DNA of 64,000 bases, from assembly GCA_017535665.1 (NCBI GenBank), contig JAFXTS010000011.1, positions 12,399-76,398 of the forward strand. Direction: 5' to 3'. Positions 27,987-35,403 of the stretch are shown piece after piece. Position 1 is the stretch's first letter, and the number at the start of each line of letters is the position of its first letter. Source of the DNA: Bacteroidales bacterium. Lineage in GTDB: Bacteria; Bacteroidota; Bacteroidia; Bacteroidales; WCHB1-69. The notes under the pieces are model-generated. The model did not search any database, was not told the origin of the DNA, and saw nothing but the letters and a program-made list of their open reading frames with translations. Made by a program: the position numbers and the translations under genes.

Positions 27987-28018
27987 TTCTGTGAAATGCA
28001 TAAAATATTCAGCGAAAT
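27987..28018 (-). promoter_or_regulatory. pair of motif-2 direct repeats phased at 21 bp, upstream of barrel copy 1
   Basis: On the plus strand, ttctgtgaaat at 27987 and ttcagcgaaat at 28008 are 21 nt apart. In minus sense this reads CATTTCGCTGAA-N9-CATTTCACAGAA. It lies 57-88 nt upstream of the ATG at 27930. Confidence 0.55.
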
Positions 28019-28030
28019 GAAATTTTATAG

Positions 28031-28138
28031 CCACTTTGCGGACTTATCGTCGAGTGCTGCCTTTCCGAACTCAAACGGCAGGGAAGAATTGCACATACCG
28101 GCAGCAAGAAGAGCGGCGGGTACAGCAGGTTGGTATAG
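28031..28138 (+). pseudogene. relic of the 3' end of a LytTR/wHTH regulator paralog
   Basis: Reading after the stop at 28028-30 gives PLCGLIVECCLSELKRQGRIAHTGSKKSGGYSRLV*. This aligns with the last 28 residues of 45124..46185 (VERCLSELKKQGLIEHTGSKRSGGYSRV*). There is no start codon or upstream domains. Confidence 0.75.
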
Positions 28139-28195
28139 AAAACATACGGTAGTGTTATCAAAAACTGGGGGTATTTGTATGAAGTCGATGTGCCT

Positions 28196-31100
28196 TTATT
28201 GCTTCACGAACCGCTTGATGGCTGTTTTGTTTCTGCAACGTATTTTCACAAAGTACATCCCTTGGGCAAAGTTGGCGACGGGAATTTGAATGTGTCTGCC
28301 GGAGGTTTGCATAGAGCGTAAGAGTCTGCCATTCACATCATATATTTCAGCTTCCGTCATGTCAGAAGATTCCTCTTGGAGTCGGATGTTGATGATGTCG
28401 TTGGTGGGATTCGGATAGAGAATGATGTCCGGCTCGTCGTTTATGTTCGCAACCCCTGTGTGAACAAGTGAGGTGTCAACCACAAGATTGTCAAAAAGAA
28501 AGTGGTGTTCCCCTTCACTTTCTGTTGTAAATTTGAATGCTATGTAATGCCCATTCCCTGTATAGGAGCTGAGAAATACGGTATCTTCCACCCAGATTTC
28601 ATCATACGAATCCCACTCGTTCAAATGGAGAGTTCGAATGGGGACAAAGGTGCTTTCGTTTTCGGGATCCTCCATTACCCCGACAGAGAAGAACGACGAT
28701 AGCGGACCTGACTGTTCGTACCAATACCTTATGATTAAACTGTTTATCGGGATGTCAGTGCTAAAAGGTGGGAGAATAGCCATAGAGTACTGGGCACCTT
28801 CCGCCCCTAATGCAAAGTAATTGGGCGGACTTGGCAGTTGATTAAGAATATAGCTTGAGTTTCCTGTAAAGATCATCGGGTACACCTCGAAACCATTGGA
28901 ATACGGGAAACGGGTCCAGCACCATGGGTAGAGCTCTGATCCGTACGTGTCAAAATACTCGGTATAAGGCAGAGTGACAATTTCAGCGCAACCTGTATGT
29001 AATGACAGAGGTGAAGTCCAGACGCTGTAGTCGTTGTTCCCACAAACGGTGCGCACATAAATACTGTACATAGTATTGCCGTTCAGATTGGTGAAAGTGT
29101 ATGACGTGTCCTGGATCACGAAACTTTCGGCATCCGTCCAGCTGCCACCCGCTTCCATGATGGCCACTTCCCATGTGTGGTCATCAGGAGTGCAGGGGGT
29201 GAAATGTATGCCGATTTCATGTGCGCCTATTGTATCCGTGGTAACACTCAGCGGCCTTCCACAAGAGACCCCGACAATGGCGATGTCATCCACGGCGCTG
29301 GGGGGATTGTCGTTGTACCAAGTGTTTCTTCCCCACAAAAAATAGAGTCTTTGCAGTCCTTGGTGATGCTGATCGATGGTATAAGTGTGTCGATTCCAAT
29401 TGAGATCGCGGGTGATAGTGCCTAACAGTTCTGCTCCTTCTGGGGTGTCTTCCCAGTTGGGGGTGGCCGGTGGCCCGATGAACACTTTGAAGGTGTTATC
29501 GGTACCATTGTAGAGTTGTCCTCCGCATTGATGGTAAAGCGAGAGTTCATATTCGTTGAAAGAGGGATCGAAATAGATGTCGCGATAAGTCCAGTACCAG
29601 GTAATCCGCTCATCTTCAGGAATATAGTTGTATTGGTCGGAACCAACATAGAGACTGTGGTTGCTGGATTGATACACAGCGGTTCCAATCTGCCAGTGGG
29701 GCGTGCCCGTAGTAGTGGAGGTCAGCCATTCCGCATTTTCATCAGCATCTTCAAAATCGCAGGAATAAGGAATCCGTCCAAGCATGCTGTAGGTTCGGAA
29801 CGACTGCTCAACCGACCAGATGCTTTCGTCATTCGCCGAACAGTGAGTCTTGACCTTCCAAATATAGTTCGTCGATGGCTGTAAGCCCGAAAGGTGGTAA
29901 CTGTTTGTGTTGACCGTTATCTCCGTAAAGAGACTGTCCTCCTCGGCTTTATAGGCAAGGGTGTAGGTCACGGACGGATTAGCGGGCAACCAAGTGAGTT
30001 CGGCAGAGTGGTCCAAAACACTACTGGCTGACAACTCAACAGGTGCAGGACAGGTAGAGCCTATGATGACAATATTGTCAATGGCCGCTGGCGGATTTGT
30101 CCCCCACGAGCCATCATTTGCCCATAGGAAATACAATCGTTGCATTCCCGAATAACCTGCTGGATTCATCAATTGAATGGTAGTCCACTCACCCGTCTCA
30201 TTGAGCTTGTCACTTAATGCAATGGCTCCTTCTGGAATATCATATCCAGTAGGAATGGTGGGAGGACCAACAAATAGTTGCAGATAGTCGTACTTTGTTG
30301 AATTGTAGGTTTCTCCTATTCCTTTGAAATCGAAGGAAATGGTATAGTTGGCGATAGTATCAGGGATGAAGATGTCACGGCAGGCCCATGTGGACGCTCC
30401 TGTTGTTAAAGTGTAGGCATTGGTGATTCCGCCATCATTGGAAATAAAAAGAGTTGTTTCACTGATGTTGGAGGTGTCACTGCCGATGAACCACTGGTTG
30501 GTGCGGTCATTTTCAAAAAACAGCCAGTTGGCAGCCTCCGTGGAATCTTCAAAATCGCAGGTGTAGGGAAGGTGTGCCACTGGATGAAGAGTATGGAACG
30601 AACTTTCACTCCACAAACTGTATTCATCATCAGAGCAATTACTACGAACTTTCCAATCATAAGATGTTTCATATTGGAAATCATTGATTACTATATAATT
30701 GTAGGATGATGAAAATTCTATGTAGTTTGAATCGGAGGATTCTTTGTAGAGGATGGTATAAGAATTTGCACCATCGACGGCATCCCAAGAGAGAACGAGG
30801 GTGGTATCCATCACATTGGCTGTCAGGTGCGATGGCTTGGCACAGCTGGCAGGTGTTACGGAGAGGTTGTCGATAGCCGCCGGGGGTTGGGTCCCGCCGC
30901 CACCATCATTGCGCCAGAGGAAATAGATTCTCTGTACCCCTGAAAAGGATGCATCGATAGAAAATTCATAATGGGTCCATGTTGAGACCATGCATAATTT
31001 TTCAACAAAAAGAGTAGCACCTTCCGGTGGGGTAATGATGGGATTGCTATTATCATAAGAAATATAGGGAACGTCGGCAGGCGGGCCGACATAAATGTTC

Positions 31101-31480
31101 AAATAATCATATACTCTGTCTCCTATTTTTTCCCCCATCCCTTTGAAATCAAATGCGACACGGCACTCCTGAAAAGTGCTGTCAATGAAAATGTCACGGT
31201 AGGCCCAACTGGTGGAGGCAAAACTGATGTCGTAACTATTGGTAGTGTTCAGGTAAAAACCCACATATAGCGAATAGTTGCCTTCGCTGTGGGTGGAAGT
31301 CCCTAACATCCATTGATTGTAAAAATCGGGTGAGACAACATTCCAGTTGTTCCGCTCTTCCTCGTCTTCAAAACCACAATAATAGGGAACGGTGGCTGGA
31401 ACGGGATCATCTTGTGCATATATTTTCCCGATACCAGTTGCCATGAATAAGAAGGCTGAAAAGAGGATGATTTTTTTCAT
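28196..31480 (-). CDS. large T9SS cargo: tandem lectin/MAM-like (choice-of-anchor-J-like) plus Fn3-like modules and a type-A C-terminal sorting domain
   Basis: Signal peptide, then three full modules of about 270 aa plus a divergent fourth. The recurrent blocks are PY.C.FED...W, W.YRDI.ID, FDFKG.GE, YDYL..(Y/F)VGPP, QR.YFLW.NDG...PPAAIDN, C..P and Y.WKV...CS. The C-terminal domain begins YPNPTNDIINIRL. Confidence 0.8.
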   Translation of the reverse strand: MKKIILFSAFLFMATGIGKIYAQDDPVPATVPYYCGFEDEEERNNWNVVSPDFYNQWMLGTSTHSEGNYSLYVGFYLNTTNSYDISFASTSWAYRDIFIDSTFQECRVAFDFKGMGEKIGDRVYDYLNIYVGPPADVPYISYDNSNPIITPPEGATLFVEKLCMVSTWTHYEFSIDASFSGVQRIYFLWRNDGGGGTQPPAAIDNLSVTPASCAKPSHLTANVMDTTLVLSWDAVDGANSYTILYKESSDSNYIEFSSSYNYIVINDFQYETSYDWKVRSNCSDDEYSLWSESSFHTLHPVAHLPYTCDFEDSTEAANWLFFENDRTNQWFIGSDTSNISETTLFISNDGGITNAYTLTTGASTWACRDIFIPDTIANYTISFDFKGIGETYNSTKYDYLQLFVGPPTIPTGYDIPEGAIALSDKLNETGEWTTIQLMNPAGYSGMQRLYFLWANDGSWGTNPPAAIDNIVIIGSTCPAPVELSASSVLDHSAELTWLPANPSVTYTLAYKAEEDSLFTEITVNTNSYHLSGLQPSTNYIWKVKTHCSANDESIWSVEQSFRTYSMLGRIPYSCDFEDADENAEWLTSTTTGTPHWQIGTAVYQSSNHSLYVGSDQYNYIPEDERITWYWTYRDIYFDPSFNEYELSLYHQCGGQLYNGTDNTFKVFIGPPATPNWEDTPEGAELLGTITRDLNWNRHTYTIDQHHQGLQRLYFLWGRNTWYNDNPPSAVDDIAIVGVSCGRPLSVTTDTIGAHEIGIHFTPCTPDDHTWEVAIMEAGGSWTDAESFVIQDTSYTFTNLNGNTMYSIYVRTVCGNNDYSVWTSPLSLHTGCAEIVTLPYTEYFDTYGSELYPWCWTRFPYSNGFEVYPMIFTGNSSYILNQLPSPPNYFALGAEGAQYSMAILPPFSTDIPINSLIIRYWYEQSGPLSSFFSVGVMEDPENESTFVPIRTLHLNEWDSYDEIWVEDTVFLSSYTGNGHYIAFKFTTESEGEHHFLFDNLVVDTSLVHTGVANINDEPDIILYPNPTNDIINIRLQEESSDMTEAEIYDVNGRLLRSMQTSGRHIQIPVANFAQGMYFVKIRCRNKTAIKRFVKQ

Positions 31481-31520
31481 TGTCTTGAATTTTTAGGGAT
31501 ACAATGTTGAAAAATTTGAG

Positions 31521-31579
31521 CAAAATTACAATTTTTCAGGCAAATTTTATCCCTTCACTGCCAAAATGTGAACCCTCAC
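31521..31579 (-). promoter_or_regulatory. promoter A: -7 box TAATTTTG plus two motif-1 direct repeats (GTGAGGGTTCAC / GTGAAGGGATA) phased at 21 bp
   Basis: Minus sense reads GTGAGGGTTCACattttggcaGTGAAGGGATAaaatttgcctgaaaaattgTAATTTTG. The repeats are at 31548-58 and 31570-79, the box is at 31521-28 and the ATG is at 31480. Confidence 0.6.
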
Positions 31580-31790
31580 AGCAAAAATGTGACAAACTGC
31601 TATAATGAAGCTGTTGCGAGGGTTTATAATAAATTGGTAATCAAATTTTTATAAAATGCAAAATCAATAGGGCTTTTGCGGGAATAAATGAATTTGTGTG
31701 AAGGGATAGATGAAAATCAGGAAGGCGCTTTCTCCACTTTTCACCTTTCAATTTTCAGTTTTCAATTCTCAGTTTTCAGTTTTCCACATC
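31541..31790. repeat. conserved intergenic module, copy A (homologous to 48935-49177 and partly to 44885-45060)
   Basis: It aligns with copy B over about 250 nt at roughly four-fifths identity by eye. The layout is a minus-facing repeat pair, the AT-rich core ttataataaattg.taatcaaatttttataaaa, a plus-facing repeat pair, then a heptamer array. Confidence 0.8.
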
Positions 31791-32341
31791 GCAAAGCACA
31801 CAAAGCCATATCGGGTTTCCATGCCATCTTGTGGAAGAAAAAAGTGGAGAAATTGCAGATTTTTCGGATTGTCGTAGTCCGCAAGGAAGAAGGGAGCGTC
31901 GGGGTCCCATTCACGGATTTTCATGCACACCAGAATATATTCCGCCACGTGGTCGGTGCGCCATTGGCAGTAAGCATGGGCTTGCTCCGGCGACACGCCC
32001 AAGACGGCGAAATCGTTGAACACTGGGTTGCGCAGGTAGTACCTCGCGAGACTGTCGGGCAGCTGCTGCCGGAGAATCTCCTCATCGGGCAGGGCGGCAC
32101 GGTATGGCTCCGACTCTTTTCCGTAGATGCGTTCCAGCCAATATAGGTACTCAAGCCAATCAAGGTTGGTGATGGGCTCGGAGTCGCAGTACAGTCCGGA
32201 GTCGCAGTACAGCCCGTTTCCAACCATGATCAATTTCTGTGGCAGGGCTTTCTTCTGGTAGTTTTTCAGGGTGAGGTGCTGTCCGGCCGCTGAGGTTGCA
32301 GCCGCCACCAAAAGACAAAGGATGATGTGACGGAGTTTCAT
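31769..32341 (-). CDS. short secreted FGE/SUMF1-like domain protein
   Basis: Signal peptide. EPITNLDWLEYLYWL and NDFAVLGVSPEQAHAYCQWRT resemble the N-terminal half of FGE-sulfatase domains. It contains an in-frame GLYCDS x2 duplication. Confidence 0.5.
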   Translation of the reverse strand: MKLRHIILCLLVAAATSAAGQHLTLKNYQKKALPQKLIMVGNGLYCDSGLYCDSEPITNLDWLEYLYWLERIYGKESEPYRAALPDEEILRQQLPDSLARYYLRNPVFNDFAVLGVSPEQAHAYCQWRTDHVAEYILVCMKIREWDPDAPFFLADYDNPKNLQFLHFFLPQDGMETRYGFVCFAMWKTEN

Positions 32342-32413
32342 TCGTTTTTCTTTTTAAAACGAAATTGGGGGCGGCAATCTTGGGGGGATGGGGAGGAAAT
32401 ATAACAAAATTGT

Positions 32414-32460
32414 CTTTATTTCGCTAAAAACACAAAAAAGTATATTTTAGCGGAATAAAG
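32414..32460. repeat. 16-nt inverted repeat (CTTTATTTCGCTAAAA / TTTTAGCGGAATAAAG) with 15-nt spacer
   Basis: There is one mismatch between the arms. It lies between the stop at 32566 and the start at 32341, and its arms contain the ATTTCGCT core of motif 2. Confidence 0.7.
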
Positions 32461-32565
32461 TGATTTTTATGACGAATCTTATTTTTTACTGGAAGAAATT
32501 CAACGGGGCATCCAATCCCTGACCCAAGAGCTGGAATCTATCAGTTGGAGTGACGTTCCTTCCCG

Positions 32566-33441
32566 TCAGAAATTCGTTTCCACCAAGTTAATCTCCAACC
32601 GCGAGCCGTCGATGTTGGCGTTGTCCATTTTCACAAAACCGTAGGTATCGTTATAGTATGCTGTGAGGCAAGTGGTTCCGATGCGGCTTTTGGCCACTGC
32701 CTCCACCTTCACGCACGAAAGCGTGCCCATGGGTGTGACCACCTCGCAATCCGTGTCGGTAATTCTGTATTTGTACCGGTTGACGATTGTGCCCGTCCAT
32801 GTTTCCCATCGCACGTCCCCCCAATGGCTGCCGATGGTGAGCCGCCATTTCCAAGTTTTCCCTTTTTTGACGGGGTATTGAATGTACGGGAAAGGATTGA
32901 GTTCGAGGATTCTGAACAGACAAGATCTATTGGGATGCATCCATAAATTCCGTTCGTTCTCTACAATGCCGGACATTTCCAAGGGCAATCTTGATGTCTG
33001 CCCATACAAGAGAAAGTAAAACTCCTCCACGGTTTGGTTGTAATCTTTTCTGAAGCTCCCGTTGTTGCAGGCGACTTTCAACAGATAACGGTTGATGCAT
33101 GAATCAGAAGAATCAAAGACATCCGAAAAGGAAAAATCAGAACGATAGAAGGTGTAATAAGAGGTGTCGCCAGCTTCCGTAAGTTCATACCCTTGATGAG
33201 GAACACGTTCATACCTCATATAGCGTTCCTTGCCCCGCGGGTTGAAATAGTGGAACTCGAAGGTAAACTCACGGTCAGCTTGGTAGATTTTGTTGTCCTC
33301 GGTATAGCGGCAGGGGTTCGAGGTGTCATTTCGCACCTCAAACCAAATGCCACCGCCGCTTTGTGAGTATTGGGTGGGTTGGGATTGGGCGGTGAAGCTG
33401 CAGACAAGGCAAAGGAAAATGGAGAGGAGGTGGTGTTTCAT
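32566..33441 (-). CDS. hypothetical secreted protein
   Basis: Signal peptide MKHHLLSIFLCLVCSFTAQSQ. Coding-like composition and tightly packed in the operon. No family recognised. Confidence 0.6.
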   Translation of the reverse strand: MKHHLLSIFLCLVCSFTAQSQPTQYSQSGGGIWFEVRNDTSNPCRYTEDNKIYQADREFTFEFHYFNPRGKERYMRYERVPHQGYELTEAGDTSYYTFYRSDFSFSDVFDSSDSCINRYLLKVACNNGSFRKDYNQTVEEFYFLLYGQTSRLPLEMSGIVENERNLWMHPNRSCLFRILELNPFPYIQYPVKKGKTWKWRLTIGSHWGDVRWETWTGTIVNRYKYRITDTDCEVVTPMGTLSCVKVEAVAKSRIGTTCLTAYYNDTYGFVKMDNANIDGSRLEINLVETNF

Positions 33442-33452
33442 AGGGGTGGGGA

Positions 33453-34310
33453 TTATTCTTGTTTGATTTCTTCGGCATCCATCACCAACCGTATGCCGGA
33501 CGCCTGATTGGTTCTTACTGAAGGGTTTTCACCTCTGCGCGTATCCAGTTCACAAGCGCGATTGGGATACACGCCCCAGCTTCCACCACGGAGCACTTTC
33601 AGATGTCCTTCCGATGGACCGGTCGGATTAACATACAGCGTGTCGGGTTGATAATAGTAGGAAGAAAACCAGTCGCTGCACCACTCCTCCACATTGCCGC
33701 TCATATCGTATAGCCCGAAAGCGTTTGGTTTCAGTATTCCAACAGGATGCGAATTATGTCCCACGTTATCCCACGACCAAGCCAATTCTTCAAAATTGTC
33801 GCCACCGCTGAAGCGGTCATTGTAATGCTTGGCACGTGCGGCATATTCCCATTCCGCCTCCGTGGGCAGGCGAAAATGTTGCCCGGTGAGTGCATTCAGT
33901 GAGTCCACAAACTCTTGCGCATCATACCAGGAAAGACGCTCTACCGGACATACTCTGTAATCAAATTCGTAATACTTCAATACCGGAGTGTTGGTTTTGT
34001 TGTACCAAGAGGGATTCTTGTGCATCACGGTTTCATAGACCAATTGCGTTACCTCGAATTTTGAAATGTAATAACTTGAAAGCACAATGGTGTCGTATCC
34101 GTTGTATGCGCCTTCTGCAACGACTGGTTTTAAATGGTAATGTCGGCAGGTGTCGCCATAGAAATTCTTTCGCACAAAGGTGTCTGCCGGTATATAAACC
34201 ATTTCAATTTTAACCTTGTCGTTGATTCCGATGGTAACGACTTTGTTCTTCTGCGCGAATGTTGGAAGTAACAAAATAATTACCAGTAAGATAAGAATAG
34301 TGTGCTTCAT
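33453..34310 (-). CDS. formylglycine-generating-enzyme (SUMF1/FGE-sulfatase) family protein
   Basis: Signal peptide. Motifs FEVTQLVYETVM, PVERLSWYDAQEFVDSLN, RLPTEAEWEYAAR, GLYDMSGNVEEWCSDW and VLRGGSW. Confidence 0.85.
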   Translation of the reverse strand: MKHTILILLVIILLLPTFAQKNKVVTIGINDKVKIEMVYIPADTFVRKNFYGDTCRHYHLKPVVAEGAYNGYDTIVLSSYYISKFEVTQLVYETVMHKNPSWYNKTNTPVLKYYEFDYRVCPVERLSWYDAQEFVDSLNALTGQHFRLPTEAEWEYAARAKHYNDRFSGGDNFEELAWSWDNVGHNSHPVGILKPNAFGLYDMSGNVEEWCSDWFSSYYYQPDTLYVNPTGPSEGHLKVLRGGSWGVYPNRACELDTRRGENPSVRTNQASGIRLVMDAEEIKQE

Positions 34311-35344
34311 TATTTACTTGCTTTTGAACCTTTTTCGTAATACATTCTGTGAAAATCACCTTTGGCATGTTCGGCATCGATTTCTCGTTCCATTTTGGCG
34401 GCTTCGGCGGCATCGTCCTCTTCATCGCCATAAATTCTGCTCTGCCTGCTTCCCGTGATGTAATAGGTATTATGCTCGCACTCCCACACGCGCTTTTTCA
34501 CAGCATCTTGCCACGTTTCAGCCAATCCTAACTTTTTCCTGTTTTTGTCAATCTGTTTGAGATTATCGGGTTGCTCGACAAACAAAGTGTTTCCAATGTA
34601 ATAAATATTATTGAGTCCACTTCCGTAATGATGTTCTTTACCTGGATGCACATCTTCCCACCAAGCCTCGAATTCCATATACTTTTCGGCAGGGAAAATC
34701 CCAGCCATCACTTTCTTGCGAAGCAGTGGTTGCAAGTCATAGTGGTCCGTCTGCACGGCATGGAGCAGTACAACACCCAACATTCCCATATAGTAAAATC
34801 CCGCCACATATTCGTTGAAGTCAGGATATTCACGGTAAAATTGCTTGATGAGTTTACGGTTCTCATCATCCAATGCAAACTGTTCTGGCGAACGCCCCAT
34901 ACCCTGTATTCGGTATCGTTGGTCACGCTCAATGATATGCTCCAAGATCGTGTCAAATTTCACACAGTAAGTTTTAATCGTTTGAGCTTCGATGTCAAGC
35001 AATTGTTGGTAAACAACCGTGTCAAAGTGCGGCGACATATACTGATATGAATTAGCCAATCCCTCATCCCCCAATTCAATCCGGCATTTTGCTATCTGCA
35101 AAATTATCTCGTTGTTTTCGGTTTGAACGGCCACCCAGTAGGCGGTACGCATTTCGCGTGCCAGCGGTTCCTTGATGCTGAAAGCTCGGGTATAGAGCGA
35201 ATCCGCAAGCTGCAGATTATCATCGCAGATGGCCAGCTCGGCCTGGTTAACCCAATAGTAGTACTCTTGAACTTGCTTGCGGCTCTGTGCGGAAAGGGTA
35301 AAGAATACCGAGCAGAGGAGGATGGTGAAGAGGATTTTTTTCAT
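34310..35344 (-). CDS. hypothetical secreted protein, family Y copy 1 (paralog of 41129..42172)
   Basis: Signal peptide. It shares the N-terminal block YYYWVNQAELAICDDN with YNYWVNQAELAICDSN in copy 2, and a similar C-terminal block (GNTLF...PDNLK.I..NR.K...AETW...VKK). Confidence 0.65.
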   Translation of the reverse strand: MKKILFTILLCSVFFTLSAQSRKQVQEYYYWVNQAELAICDDNLQLADSLYTRAFSIKEPLAREMRTAYWVAVQTENNEIILQIAKCRIELGDEGLANSYQYMSPHFDTVVYQQLLDIEAQTIKTYCVKFDTILEHIIERDQRYRIQGMGRSPEQFALDDENRKLIKQFYREYPDFNEYVAGFYYMGMLGVVLLHAVQTDHYDLQPLLRKKVMAGIFPAEKYMEFEAWWEDVHPGKEHHYGSGLNNIYYIGNTLFVEQPDNLKQIDKNRKKLGLAETWQDAVKKRVWECEHNTYYITGSRQSRIYGDEEDDAAEAAKMEREIDAEHAKGDFHRMYYEKGSKASK

Positions 35345-35403
35345 TGGTATTGCTGTTTATCTGGTTGCAGGTTTATATAATTACAAGTTATGGATGAAAG
35401 TCA

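Noticed and set aside
27996-28289. 97-aa ORF spanning the regulator relic and the 3' end of the cargo gene
   Set aside because: It is in a different frame from the homologous relic and runs antisense into 28196..31480. It has no motifs.
31688-32146. Conserved small ORF start MNLCEGIDENQEGAF / MKLCEGIDVNQEGAF (also 49081..49320)
   Set aside because: Conservation is explained by the nucleotide-level module A/B. The ORFs continue into heptamer arrays and then antisense through neighbouring genes. The third module copy (45035) does not keep the frame.
31769-34310. Diversity-generating retroelement hypothesis for the FGE/C-type-lectin-fold proteins
   Set aside because: There is no reverse transcriptase gene. 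No template/variable repeat pair with adenine-specific differences can be found in the window.
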